Assembly: GCA_902783365.1 (NCBI GenBank)
Contig: CACZQL010000019.1
Span: forward strand, 1,261-65,260
Length of the DNA stretch: 64,000 nt
Reading direction: 5' to 3'
Source: an uncultured Bacteroidia bacterium
GTDB lineage: Bacteria > Bacteroidota > Bacteroidia > Bacteroidales > F082
Shown here: piece after piece, positions 16,198 through 25,960 of the stretch
How positions within the stretch are numbered: the first letter of the stretch is position 1
Layout: every line of letters starts with the position of its first letter
Position numbers and translations under genes: made by a program
The notes under the pieces: generated by a model
What the model was told of the DNA's origin: nothing
What the model saw: only the letters and a program-made list of their open reading frames with translations
Database searches by the model: none

Positions 16198-17685
16198 TTA
16201 ATCTGCTACATCCATATTGCTTGACTCGTCCTTGGTGTTCAACGCCCCAGGATTGTCTTGCTCCTTTAAAATGTCGGCAATCACCTCGGGGTAGAACATC
16301 TCATCGACAATCTCCCGGGTCTTGGAGTTTTTCTTCCACCGTTCTCTCCGCTCATGCTTGCTTTTCTCCACGGCGTCTTTCACCTTTTGGTGGAAACGCA
16401 GGGTGTTGCTGTAGAACTTGTACAGGCCTTTCTCCCTGCCAATCAAGGGGATGAGCACCGAGTTGATGACGATGCTGAAGAGAATCACGGAGAACACGAC
16501 GTTGCGGATGAAGATGCCGGTCTCGAAGTCGGGGATGTAAGCCACGGCCTGGGTGGCCAACACCGCCGCGGTGAGTCCCTTGGGGTCGATGGCCGACATG
16601 TACATCATCTCCTTGTCGGGGATGCCGTGCTTCGGGGAGATGGCGAACCGTACCACGGGGATGCGCAGGATGTACAGCATGAAGGTGAGTCCCAGCCCGA
16701 CGACGATGGGTTGCCAGGCGTAAAGGTGGATCGACATGCCCACATAGATGAAGAAGAAGGTCTTGAGCAGCAGCACCAACTCGCTGAACAGGGCCCGTTC
16801 CGTGTCGTTGAGGTTGGCGGGCCGTTTTTTCACGGCTTTGCTGAGGAGGCTGTCGTAGATGCTGTCGATGTTGGCCATGCCGATGCCGAAGGCGAGGGCG
16901 GCGATGGCCCCACTGTAACCCATCCACTCGTTGACACCGTAGATGATGAACACGAAAGCGGGGGTGGTCAACACCGAGTACTTGATGTTACGTACCTTGT
17001 CGAGTATCAAGGCCCAGAAGATGGCGCCCATCATCCCAATCACGGTGGCGATGATGAACGAGGCGAAGATGGTGCCGAAAATCATGCCGAACTCCAGCTG
17101 GTGCGACTTGATGGCCTCCAGCAGGGCGAGGGCCAGCACGATGCTGAACACATTGCCGATGGCGGCCTCCAGGATGAGGATGGTGGCGCTTTTCTGCGAC
17201 ATCCGCAGCTGCCGCACCGTGGGAATCACCACCGCCGAGGCGGTGCCGCCCAGCACGCATCCCAACATGAGACTCACCACCGGGTCGATCTTCAACACCT
17301 GCCAGGCCACCAGCCATACCGCGATGGCGGAGAAGATGAAGTTATAGGCGGTCAACTTCAGGGAGGGCTTGAAGGAGTCCCTCAAGTTGTTGAATCCCAT
17401 CTGGATGCCGCTCTCGAAAAGAATCAGCACCAAGGTGACGGCGGAGAGGATGCTGCCCAGCAGGGTGAGCCTGTCGGAGTCCACCCAGTGGGTGAGAGGC
17501 CCCAGCACCAACCCGATAATGATCAGGAACAGCACGTCGGGAATCCTCCGCTTGCTGAAGATGGCACTGAAGAGGTGTGCCGCGAAAATCAAAAGGCCAA
17601 TGATGGCAATAATCAAGCCTATCTTGCTCGATGTCAAACCGATAGGGGTCTGGTTGAGGGAGTCGATGGGGCTTGTTCCGTTCAT
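16198..17685 (-). CDS. Cation:proton antiporter (CPA1, Na+/H+ exchanger family), paralogue 2
   Basis: Polytopic membrane protein, clearly paralogous to the upstream gene (shared GLLIFAAHLF...RIPDVL..., AFGIGMANIDS, LLKTFFFIY). It has a hydrophilic C-terminal tail. Confidence 0.8.
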   Translation of the reverse strand: MNGTSPIDSLNQTPIGLTSSKIGLIIAIIGLLIFAAHLFSAIFSKRRIPDVLFLIIIGLVLGPLTHWVDSDRLTLLGSILSAVTLVLILFESGIQMGFNNLRDSFKPSLKLTAYNFIFSAIAVWLVAWQVLKIDPVVSLMLGCVLGGTASAVVIPTVRQLRMSQKSATILILEAAIGNVFSIVLALALLEAIKSHQLEFGMIFGTIFASFIIATVIGMMGAIFWALILDKVRNIKYSVLTTPAFVFIIYGVNEWMGYSGAIAALAFGIGMANIDSIYDSLLSKAVKKRPANLNDTERALFSELVLLLKTFFFIYVGMSIHLYAWQPIVVGLGLTFMLYILRIPVVRFAISPKHGIPDKEMMYMSAIDPKGLTAAVLATQAVAYIPDFETGIFIRNVVFSVILFSIVINSVLIPLIGREKGLYKFYSNTLRFHQKVKDAVEKSKHERRERWKKNSKTREIVDEMFYPEVIADILKEQDNPGALNTKDESSNMDVAD

Positions 17686-17694
17686 GGCGATACC

Positions 17695-19068
17695 TTATTC
17701 GTCAAGCATCTCGGAGATGCTCTTTTCGGTTTTGGGTGAGAAACATTTCTTGTACAGCCTGCTGAAGGCGTTGTTTTTCTCCAACACCGGCACGAGGATG
17801 GAGGTGAAGATGATGCTGAAGAGGATGACGGCGAACACGATGTTCTGGATCATCTCGCCGCCGGCGATGCCCCGTTGCAAGGGAATGGTGGCCAACACTG
17901 CCGCCGCCAGTCCCTTGGGCACGATGCCCGACATGAACATCTTGTCCTCGACGGGAAGCTCGTCCTTGCTCTGATGGACGGAAAGCCTGACGATGGGAAT
18001 GCGCAGCAGGAACAGCACGACCGTAAGAATGAACCCCATCAGGATGGGCGTGAAATGCTCCAGGCGGATGGAGATGCCGATGTAGATGAAGAAGAAGGTC
18101 TTGAGCAGGAACACCACCTCGCTGAAAAGCTGCTTCTCGGTGTCGTTGAGCTTGGCGGGCTCGGTCTTGAACAGCTTCTTCAAGAGGGTCCCGGTGTTGT
18201 ACATCGAGTCGATGTTGGCCATGCCGATGCCAAAGGCGAGGGCGGCGATGGCGCCGCTGAAGCCCAGCCACTCGTTGATGCCATACACGATGAACACGAA
18301 GGCGGGGGTGGTGAGGATGGAGTTCTTGACGTGACGCACCCTGTTGAGCACATACGACCACAGGATGGCCGCGATCAAGCCGATAATGCTGGCGAGGATG
18401 AACGATGAGATGATGCTGCCCAGCACTTGGCCCACGTTGAGCGAACCCGACTGGATGGCCTGCATGAACGCCCATGCGAAGACGATGCATAGCACATCGC
18501 TGAAGGCCGACTCAAGGATGAGGATGGTGCCTCCTTTCTGGCTGATTTTCAGCTGTGCGACCATCGGGATGACCACCGCCGAGGAGGTACCGCCCAAGAT
18601 GGCGCCCAACATCAGGCTGGTCAGGACATCGAGTTCCTTCACAAAGAACCCCAAGGCGGCCACAATGGCCATCGTGACAAAGAAATTGATGGTGGTCAGC
18701 TTCATGGTGCCTCCGATGGAGTTGAGCAACGTGTTGAAATTCAGTTCTGTACCACTTTCAAAAAGGATGATGACCAGGGTGATGGTGGTGAACACGCTGG
18801 CGACCGGCCCCAGGTCTTCGGGTGTGATCCAGCCAAAGAGGGGACCGATGACCAGGCCGATGACCATCAGCAGGAGCACATCGGGGATGCGCTTCCTGCT
18901 GAAAATCTCGGTGAACAAATGGGCCGCGAAGATGAGCAGACCGATGATGGCGATGACCAAACCGGTGTTGCTGGCGCCTCCGGAGTTGGACGTCTGCTGG
19001 ACAGCATCCTGCACGGCAGGGGTGCCGGCCAAGGTGTCGATGACTCGGGTGAGGGTGTCAGGGCTCAT
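17695..19068 (-). CDS. Cation:proton antiporter (CPA1, Na+/H+ exchanger family), paralogue 1
   Basis: Same family as 16198-17685. Its ATG overlaps the stop of the upstream C25 peptidase gene (ATGA at 19065-19068). Confidence 0.8.
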   Translation of the reverse strand: MSPDTLTRVIDTLAGTPAVQDAVQQTSNSGGASNTGLVIAIIGLLIFAAHLFTEIFSRKRIPDVLLLMVIGLVIGPLFGWITPEDLGPVASVFTTITLVIILFESGTELNFNTLLNSIGGTMKLTTINFFVTMAIVAALGFFVKELDVLTSLMLGAILGGTSSAVVIPMVAQLKISQKGGTILILESAFSDVLCIVFAWAFMQAIQSGSLNVGQVLGSIISSFILASIIGLIAAILWSYVLNRVRHVKNSILTTPAFVFIVYGINEWLGFSGAIAALAFGIGMANIDSMYNTGTLLKKLFKTEPAKLNDTEKQLFSEVVFLLKTFFFIYIGISIRLEHFTPILMGFILTVVLFLLRIPIVRLSVHQSKDELPVEDKMFMSGIVPKGLAAAVLATIPLQRGIAGGEMIQNIVFAVILFSIIFTSILVPVLEKNNAFSRLYKKCFSPKTEKSISEMLDE

Positions 19069-22000
19069 TCTACGACGACTTTTTGAGTGTTATTGATGTT
19101 GTTGGACTTGACGTTGACAAAATAGACCCCCTGGCTGAGGGAGAGGTTCAGAGTGTTATTGCCCCGGAGGCCCTCCTGACGATAAACTGTCTGGCCAAGG
19201 CTGTTGAGCACGGTCACGGTGCAGGTCTCTTCGCCCAGGTCGAGGCTGAAGCTGCCGTGGCTGGGGTTGGGGTAGAGGCTGAAGCTCGGCACCACCTCGG
19301 TCTTGACTTCGGTGATGACATGGGCGGCGGGGAACTGCACGTTGTCGATCCAGGCGCAGTCGCTGCCACTTTCCCACAAGATATCCTTGCTGTAGGCCCA
19401 TCTCAAAGCGTGGGTGCCAGGGGTAAGGGCATAGCTCACACGGCCCCACGGCACCTCACCCGACCATTCGTTCTGCTCCACGTTGTCGATGCTGAAGCGA
19501 AGCTTGTCGTAGGAGGCTTCGGAGGAGACTTTTCTGTAGAAGCTGATCTCGCTGTGTTGGAATACCTCGAGGGTGATGTAAAGCACGGAGGTCTCATTGT
19601 CGCCAATGGCGGATGACTTGGCGCAATAGTTGCCTTCGTAGGGGTCGTAGTTCACCACTTCCCAAGCGGTCACAATGCTGCCATGCTGCCAGTTGAACGC
19701 GCTGAAGTCGCCCGTTTCGAAACCTTCTATCGACTGTCCCACGGCGATGTAGTAGGAGTCAGTGAGCTGGTAGTTGCCATGATAGACGGCGTAGGGGAGT
19801 TCATACAAGGCTCCGATCTCGATGTTTTGGCTGACCGAGAAGTCCATGTCGGCGGTGAACACCTCACCGGCAGCGATGGTTCCGAAGTACCATTCGCTGG
19901 TGGCAATCTGAATCTCGGGATGGGAGTTATAGACTTGGAACACGGCGGCGGGCACGGAGGCGCTGCCGTTGTTTTTCAGGGTGAAGTGGATGGTGCCGCT
20001 GCAGCCGGGGGTTATGTTGCCGCCGGCAGTCTCGATGGTGATGTTGGACATCACGAACATGGGGGCATGGAGTTTCATGTTGAACTTGCTGGTCCAGGTG
20101 TCGGTGCCGTCGGTGCAGGTGAGGAAGAACAGGGCGTCGGTCATGTCGGGCACGTCGTCGCTGATGGTCATGCCGAACACATGGCTGAGGCTTGTGGTCT
20201 GTCCACCGGCCAGTCCTTCGAGGGTGGTGGAGGTGCTGGTGATGGTGACGTATTCCGACTCGGTGCTGAGGGTGGCGGTGAGGGCGCCGGAGGCCACGCT
20301 GCCGACGTTTCTGAGACTCATGTTGAGGTTGAGGCTCTCGCCGTAGTCGGCCTGACCGTTGTCGTCGGCAACTTCGTAGCTGTCGTAGATGACGTAGGCG
20401 CAGTTGCCGGGCATGGTCAACACTTCCAGGGTCTGGGGCCAGGCGTCGCAGCCGGTGACGATGAGGCTGACCTCGTCCACGAAGTCGATGACGGGGTCAA
20501 ACTCAACCTCGGCCACACCGTTGGCGTCGGTCATGCCGAGGCCGATGAGTTCGCCGTTGTGGAAGAAACCGCAGCGGAAGTTGCGCAGGCCGTTGCCATT
20601 GGCGTCGGTGACGGTGACTATGGTGTTTGCGGTGCCTACGAGCATCTGGGTTTGGTAGTCCACATTAGGCGTGAAAGGCTCGTCGTGCCAGGGGCTGACG
20701 GCCACGTCGCCCATGATGTTGAGGTCGTAGAAGTTCCAGCGCAAGGCGCCTTCCTCCCATTGGCCGGGGGCGGTGACCCAAGGCGCGGTTTGGCACTTGG
20801 CTTCGGCGAGGGCCAAGCCGGTGTAGGGGATGCGCTCGTGGTAATAGGCGTCCTCGGTCTCACGGGCCAGGTGGATGGCGGGACCCTCGGTCTGGCCTTC
20901 GTTGAACCAGCCGTAACGCGAGTTGCCTAAGGTGGCCACGGCGAAGTTGCTGATCTTGGTCATCAACTCAAGGATGCAGGTCTCGGTGAAGTCGCCGCAG
21001 ATGCAGCCCGAGGTGTGCATGAAGGTGTAGTTGTGATCGACACCGTTGACGGCGCTGAAGTTGGCGTCGGTGATGTCGCTGTTGTACCAGCCGGCCACGT
21101 ATGTGGTGTTGGCATGGCCGTCGTGGTGGACGTACTGGGTGCCCTGGTTGATGGCGTTGCGCAGCAGGCTGCCGCTCCAGTTGCCCTCCTCCTCGTAGAG
21201 GCGGGTGAAGTCGTAGTCCTCAGGGATGCCGATGGTGGAGTAACCGTTGTCGTCGCGCTCGCCGATGAGCAACTCCAAGTACTGGCTGCCGTTGCTCTCA
21301 GGGTTGTCGTAGAGGTGCTCGCCCGCCAAGATGACCTTGCGGAACTCGCCCAACACGGGGTCGCTCTGGTAGGTCATGCTCTTGTGCAACATGTTGTCTA
21401 ACTCGGATTGGTTGCTGAAGCACATACGTCCGATGCCAAGCTCGGGCAGGAGGTCGTCCTCGCCGATCTCGCCCCAGACGTTGTTGTTATTGTCGTCCCA
21501 GGTACCGTCCAAAGCGGCATAGTAGAGGTCGGCGGGCAGGTTGTTGTCCTCCTGGTTGCCGCCACCGCTGGTGACATAGCAGTAGAAGCCGCGGTAGGGG
21601 ACGTCGGGCACGTCACCGCCCAGGTTGACCATCAGGATGCCGTTGTCCTCGTATTCCCGGATGATGTAGTTGCGGATTTTCTCTTGGTTGTCGCGGCCAT
21701 CCATGCTGGCATAGATGGTGTTGATGGAAACGACGCGGGTGCGGAGTCCGCGGGCCTCGTAGAAGGCCACATACTCGTCGAATCGCGACTCGTAGGTGTC
21801 GGTGGTGATGACGAGCAACTCGTAGCCACCCACCTCACGGCCACGGCTTTGGTAGCTTTGCAGCATCCCGGGGTTCTGGGCGAGACGCTCGGCACGGTTG
21901 CGGTGCATGGGGGTGAGCCAGAGCTGACGGCTGTGGTCGGCCCTCGAGGCCTTGGTCTTCACCACGACGGTTGCGCTTTGGGCGTACCTCACGTGGCCGG

Positions 22001-22463
22001 TGGCAGGCTCATACTGCACGGGGGTGAAGGCGGAGAAGGCAAAGCCCACACCGTTCATATATTGTGTGGTCAACCGTCCCTTCACGTCGGCGGGATAGGT
22101 GGACTTGGAGGCATACAGGGCCTCGTCTTTCACAAACTCGTGACGCTCAGGGTCGGAATACCGGCGCGATGGCTGATAAGGGAAGAGCTGATGACTCCCC
22201 TCCAAATCCTTGAAGTCGGAGAGATACACCTCGATGGATTCGGCTTCCTGGCCTTCAGGAAGCATCAAACTGACACTTTGCCAAGGCAAGGAAGGCTGCC
22301 CGGCGAGGGCTGACTGCATGCAGCCGGAGAATTGAAGCTGCTCGTAACCTTGTAGCTCGCTGAAGGTAGGAGCGTTGAAACGATAAGTCATCTCGACCGT
22401 CTGCGCGGTGGCGAAAACACCCGCGAAGAGCATGGCGATGAATGTAAGCGTTAACTTTTTCAT
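19065..22463 (-). CDS. Peptidase C25 (gingipain family) with jelly-roll accessory domain and T9SS CTD, copy 2
   Basis: Signal peptide MKKLTLTFIAMLFAGVFATAQ (ATG at 22463 chosen). His/Cys dyad context HHDGHANT ... HTSGCICGDF, as in gingipains. CTD SLYPNPSHGS...GVYFVNVKS...VVVE (about 19068-19283). Confidence 0.85.
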   Translation of the reverse strand: MKKLTLTFIAMLFAGVFATAQTVEMTYRFNAPTFSELQGYEQLQFSGCMQSALAGQPSLPWQSVSLMLPEGQEAESIEVYLSDFKDLEGSHQLFPYQPSRRYSDPERHEFVKDEALYASKSTYPADVKGRLTTQYMNGVGFAFSAFTPVQYEPATGHVRYAQSATVVVKTKASRADHSRQLWLTPMHRNRAERLAQNPGMLQSYQSRGREVGGYELLVITTDTYESRFDEYVAFYEARGLRTRVVSINTIYASMDGRDNQEKIRNYIIREYEDNGILMVNLGGDVPDVPYRGFYCYVTSGGGNQEDNNLPADLYYAALDGTWDDNNNNVWGEIGEDDLLPELGIGRMCFSNQSELDNMLHKSMTYQSDPVLGEFRKVILAGEHLYDNPESNGSQYLELLIGERDDNGYSTIGIPEDYDFTRLYEEEGNWSGSLLRNAINQGTQYVHHDGHANTTYVAGWYNSDITDANFSAVNGVDHNYTFMHTSGCICGDFTETCILELMTKISNFAVATLGNSRYGWFNEGQTEGPAIHLARETEDAYYHERIPYTGLALAEAKCQTAPWVTAPGQWEEGALRWNFYDLNIMGDVAVSPWHDEPFTPNVDYQTQMLVGTANTIVTVTDANGNGLRNFRCGFFHNGELIGLGMTDANGVAEVEFDPVIDFVDEVSLIVTGCDAWPQTLEVLTMPGNCAYVIYDSYEVADDNGQADYGESLNLNMSLRNVGSVASGALTATLSTESEYVTITSTSTTLEGLAGGQTTSLSHVFGMTISDDVPDMTDALFFLTCTDGTDTWTSKFNMKLHAPMFVMSNITIETAGGNITPGCSGTIHFTLKNNGSASVPAAVFQVYNSHPEIQIATSEWYFGTIAAGEVFTADMDFSVSQNIEIGALYELPYAVYHGNYQLTDSYYIAVGQSIEGFETGDFSAFNWQHGSIVTAWEVVNYDPYEGNYCAKSSAIGDNETSVLYITLEVFQHSEISFYRKVSSEASYDKLRFSIDNVEQNEWSGEVPWGRVSYALTPGTHALRWAYSKDILWESGSDCAWIDNVQFPAAHVITEVKTEVVPSFSLYPNPSHGSFSLDLGEETCTVTVLNSLGQTVYRQEGLRGNNTLNLSLSQGVYFVNVKSNNINNTQKVVVE

Positions 22464-22493
22464 GTATTTGAAATTGATTTGAATTGAAGCTCG

Positions 22494-22501
22494 CAAAGAT
22501 A
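22494..22501 (-). promoter_or_regulatory. Bacteroidota -7 promoter box TATCTTTG (minus strand)
   Basis: The reverse complement of CAAAGATA, 31 nt upstream of the ATG at 22463 and just downstream of the stop of C25 copy 1. Confidence 0.5.
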
Positions 22502-22508
22502 ATAAAAA

Positions 22509-25500
22509 TTATTGTTGGATGAGGATTTTTTTCGTGGTCACCCCCGAGTTGTTTTCAATGCGGATGAAATACAGGCCACTGTGTTCTAGATGGATACTGA
22601 TAACACCTTGTGCGTCAGTGATTTCCATGCAATTTTGACCCAAAGCGTTATAGACGCTCACACTGGATTCAACGGGCAGCTGCACAAAGCAGTCACCTTG
22701 TGAAGGATTTGGATATATAAGTATGGTATTGTCTTTTGTTTCTTCCGCATCGAGGACAATGGTTTGGGGCGGCAGGGCGATGTAATCGACCCAAACACGG
22801 TCCTGGCCTCCGACAGCTCCGCCGTCTTTTTCGTAACTCCATGAGAGTGTGTGGGTTCCTTGGGGAATGATAAAGCTGACGCGGGTCCAGGGGGTCTCGC
22901 CGGCCCAACGGGCGGTGCGCACGCCATCGACATAGAAGGTGAGGAAGTCGAAGCCGGCTTCGGTGGAGGTCTTGAGGTAGAAACTGACCTCGTTGTCGGC
23001 GACGAAGTCGTAGTCGATGCTCATCATGGCCGTCTTGCCATGACCCATGGAACGGGTACGGGCGCAGTAGCGGCCTTCAAAGGCTCCGTTGTTGACGATG
23101 TCCCAGCCACCTTCGCCCTCGAAGGTCCAGTCGAGTTTGCTGAAGTCGCCGGTCTCGAAGTCCTCCACCAAGGAGGCCACGTTGAGCAGATAGGCGTCCC
23201 ATGCGAGATATTGGCCGGAGCGGGTGTTCAAGAGGAACTCGAAGGAGGTGGTCTCCTGAAGCGCCTCGTCGATGTGCAAGGTGTAGTCGGCTTGGAACTC
23301 ACTGTCGGCTTGGATATCGCCGATGGGGAAGATGTTTTGGCCGAACTGGATCTCGGGCGCGGAGCAATATACGCTGAACACGGTGCCGGGGGCCGCGCTG
23401 TGGCCGGTGTTCCTGACGGTGAAGTGCAGGGTGAGGGTCTCGTCGGGGTCGGCCAGTTGGTTGCCGTTGCCCTCCACTTCTTCCAAGGTGATTCCGGTGA
23501 TGGTGAAGCTGGGGGCGTTGAGGGTCAGCTCGAACTGGCTCTCCCAGGTCTCGGAGCCGTCGGTGCAGCTCAGCGTGAAGGTGACCATGGTTTGGTCGGG
23601 CACACTGTCGCTCACGAGAAAGGCAAAGGCGTCGTCAAGGCTGATGGTGCTGTAGGCAGGCACGTTGTCGAGCTGGGCCTGGCTCTGGGTGAGGGTGATG
23701 TATTCAGGCTGCTGGCAAGTCAGGGTGGCGGTGAGGTTGCTGGCGGGCAGGTTGCCCACGTTGCGGAAGCCTACGTTGAGGTGCTGTTGCTCGCCGTAAT
23801 CGACTTGGCCGTCGGGGTCGTTGAGGGTGTAGGTGTCGAAGAGCACATGGGCGCAGTTGTTGTTGTCGAAATGGAGGGTTTGGCGTTGTGGCCATCCGTT
23901 CATGCCAGTGACGAAGAGCTCCAGTTGCTGGTTGTTGTTGGCGGGTTTAAACCGTATCTCGGCCACACCTTCCTCATTGGTGGTGGCGATGCCAGCCAGG
24001 TTGCCGTCGCGGAACAGACGGCACTCGTAGTTGTAAACGCCACGGCCCTGTTCGTCGGTCACGGTGACGGGGAGGCGGTCGGTGCCCACAGGCAGGATGG
24101 TGTCGCAGGTGACGGTGGGGGTGAAAGGCTCGTCGAACCAGGCGCTCAAACCGACGTCGCCGAAGGCGTTCAAGGCGTAGAGGACCCAGCGAAGCACTCC
24201 GTTTTCTCCGTCCATGATGATGAAAGGCGCGGATTGGGTCTTGCTCTCTTTCAGGGCCTCGCCCAGCCCGGCGAGGCGCTCGTGGCAGTAGGCGTCGATG
24301 AGCTCGCGGTGGAAGTGGGAGGAGGGACCGTCGCCCGACTGGCTGTACCAGCCGTAGCGAGAGTTGCCGATGCAGGCCACGGCACCGGTGCTGTTGGTCA
24401 TGAGACGCTCGAGGATGCAGTCGTCGGAGAAGTCACCACAGATGCAACCCTGGCTCTTGAAGATGAAGTAGTTGTGGTCAACGCCATTGACGCCCGAGAA
24501 GAAACTCGGGTTGATGTCCCAATTGTACCATCCGGCCACGGTGGAGGTGTTGGCGTGGCCGAAGTGGTTGACGAACTGGGTGCCGGCGCGGATGGCGTCG
24601 CGCAGCTCTTCGGGGTCCCACCAATGGGTCCCGCTCTCATACACCCGGACGAAGTCGTAGTCCTCAGGGTAGCCATGGGTGGTGTAGCCGTTGAAGGTGA
24701 CGGTGCCGATGAGGCGCTCCAGGTCGTTGCTGGCATACACGCCGTCGCCGAGATGCTCGCCGGCGAGGATGGGCTTGCGGAACTCACCCAGCACAGGAGC
24801 GGTGAGGTAACTCAAGGTCTTGTTGAGCAGGGTTTGCAGCTGTTGACTGTCGTTGAAGGGCAGACGGGCCACGGCCAGCTCGGGGAGCAGGTCGTCTTCG
24901 CCGATCTCGCCCCATCGGTTGTCGTTGTCGTCGTTCATGGTACCGTCGAGGGCGGCATAATAGTAGTCGGAGGGGATATGGTCCTCATAGTCTTCCTGGG
25001 CGTAGCACCAGAGGTAACGGAAAGGCACAAGGCCAACATCGCCGCCAAGCAAGACCATCGAGAGGCCGTTTTGCGTGTAATGGTCGATGATGCAGTTGCG
25101 GATCTTCTCAGGGTTGTCGGTGCCTTCGTAAAGGTTGTAAATCTCCGAAGTCGAGATGGCTTGGACGCGGATGCCCCTTCCTGTATAGAGGGCGATATAG
25201 TCGCTGAACTGGTCGAGATATTGCTCCGGGGTGATGAGGAGCATGTCCACGGTGGGCAACGTCTCGTCGCGACGTTCGTAATGCTGGAGCATCTCGGGGT
25301 TTTGCGCCAGGCGGTTCAGACTGCGTTCGGTCTGAGGCCGGAGCCAGCGGGGGTCGTTGTGGCTGGCGCGCGCGGGCTGTGTCTCCACCGTGACGGTCAC
25401 CGTCTGGGCATAGCACAGCTTGCCGGTGGCGGGGACGTAGCGCACAGGGGTGAATCCGCCGAAGGCGAAAGCGACGCCGTGCAGCCATTGGGTGTCGAGG

Positions 25501-25895
25501 GTGTTGAATGCGCCGGGGGGATAGGACTCCGTGGAACGGTAGCATTCCTCGTCCTTCACAAAGGTGACCGGTCCCTCGTAAGAAATGGGCCGCGCGGGCT
25601 GGGCGGGATAAAGCTGATAGCTTCCTTCGATTTCAGCGAAGTCGCTCAGCTTCACCTGGATGCCGACGGCCTCCTGCCCGGGAGGGAGCATCAAACGCAC
25701 ACTCTGCCATGGCAGCGTCGGCTTTCCGGGCTGACCATAGAGTTCGCAGCCTTGGAAACCCATCAGTTGATAACTGTTTTGTTCGGTGAAAACAGGTTGG
25801 TTGAAATGATAGACATGGCTCACGTGATCCGCAAGCGCTGTCATGCTGGCTATATGCAGCAAGCAAAGCGTAAAGAGTGTTTTGAGTGTTTTCAT
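22509..25895 (-). CDS. Peptidase C25 (gingipain family) with jelly-roll accessory domain and T9SS CTD, copy 1
   Basis: Signal peptide MKTLKTLFTLCLLHIASMTALA. NHFGHANT ... KSQGCICGDF dyad context. Collinear with copy 2 throughout. CTD LIYPNPSQGD...GLYFIRIENNSG...ILIQQ (about 22512-22724). Confidence 0.85.
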   Translation of the reverse strand: MKTLKTLFTLCLLHIASMTALADHVSHVYHFNQPVFTEQNSYQLMGFQGCELYGQPGKPTLPWQSVRLMLPPGQEAVGIQVKLSDFAEIEGSYQLYPAQPARPISYEGPVTFVKDEECYRSTESYPPGAFNTLDTQWLHGVAFAFGGFTPVRYVPATGKLCYAQTVTVTVETQPARASHNDPRWLRPQTERSLNRLAQNPEMLQHYERRDETLPTVDMLLITPEQYLDQFSDYIALYTGRGIRVQAISTSEIYNLYEGTDNPEKIRNCIIDHYTQNGLSMVLLGGDVGLVPFRYLWCYAQEDYEDHIPSDYYYAALDGTMNDDNDNRWGEIGEDDLLPELAVARLPFNDSQQLQTLLNKTLSYLTAPVLGEFRKPILAGEHLGDGVYASNDLERLIGTVTFNGYTTHGYPEDYDFVRVYESGTHWWDPEELRDAIRAGTQFVNHFGHANTSTVAGWYNWDINPSFFSGVNGVDHNYFIFKSQGCICGDFSDDCILERLMTNSTGAVACIGNSRYGWYSQSGDGPSSHFHRELIDAYCHERLAGLGEALKESKTQSAPFIIMDGENGVLRWVLYALNAFGDVGLSAWFDEPFTPTVTCDTILPVGTDRLPVTVTDEQGRGVYNYECRLFRDGNLAGIATTNEEGVAEIRFKPANNNQQLELFVTGMNGWPQRQTLHFDNNNCAHVLFDTYTLNDPDGQVDYGEQQHLNVGFRNVGNLPASNLTATLTCQQPEYITLTQSQAQLDNVPAYSTISLDDAFAFLVSDSVPDQTMVTFTLSCTDGSETWESQFELTLNAPSFTITGITLEEVEGNGNQLADPDETLTLHFTVRNTGHSAAPGTVFSVYCSAPEIQFGQNIFPIGDIQADSEFQADYTLHIDEALQETTSFEFLLNTRSGQYLAWDAYLLNVASLVEDFETGDFSKLDWTFEGEGGWDIVNNGAFEGRYCARTRSMGHGKTAMMSIDYDFVADNEVSFYLKTSTEAGFDFLTFYVDGVRTARWAGETPWTRVSFIIPQGTHTLSWSYEKDGGAVGGQDRVWVDYIALPPQTIVLDAEETKDNTILIYPNPSQGDCFVQLPVESSVSVYNALGQNCMEITDAQGVISIHLEHSGLYFIRIENNSGVTTKKILIQQ

Positions 25896-25914
25896 AAAAA
25901 ATGAAATTAATGCG

Positions 25915-25922
25915 CAAAAATA
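25915..25922 (-). promoter_or_regulatory. Bacteroidota -7 promoter box TATTTTTG (minus strand)
   Basis: The reverse complement of CAAAAATA, 20 nt upstream of the ATG at 25895. It is divergent from the ddh promoter. Confidence 0.5.
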
Positions 25923-25934
25923 CGAATTATTCCT

Positions 25935-25942
25935 TATTTTTG
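25935..25942 (+). promoter_or_regulatory. Bacteroidota -7 promoter box TATTTTTG
   Basis: TAnnTTTG match 19 nt upstream of the ATG at 25961. Confidence 0.5.
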
Positions 25943-25960
25943 CCTTTTAATTTCTGAATT

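Noticed and set aside
22851-25904. Very long antisense ORFs opposite real genes. Examples are 22851-25904 (1017 aa), 37930-41172 (1080 aa), 44775-46688, 5907-7541, 19683-20930, 35437-36657, 48796-49977, 54163-55293, 57168-58418, 58765-60330 and 164-1096.
   Set aside because: They are typical shadow ORFs of high-GC coding DNA. Their composition is monotonous and rich in G/V/A/H/D/E, with no recognisable motifs and no promoter box. Each fully overlaps a gene with strong family signatures on the other strand.
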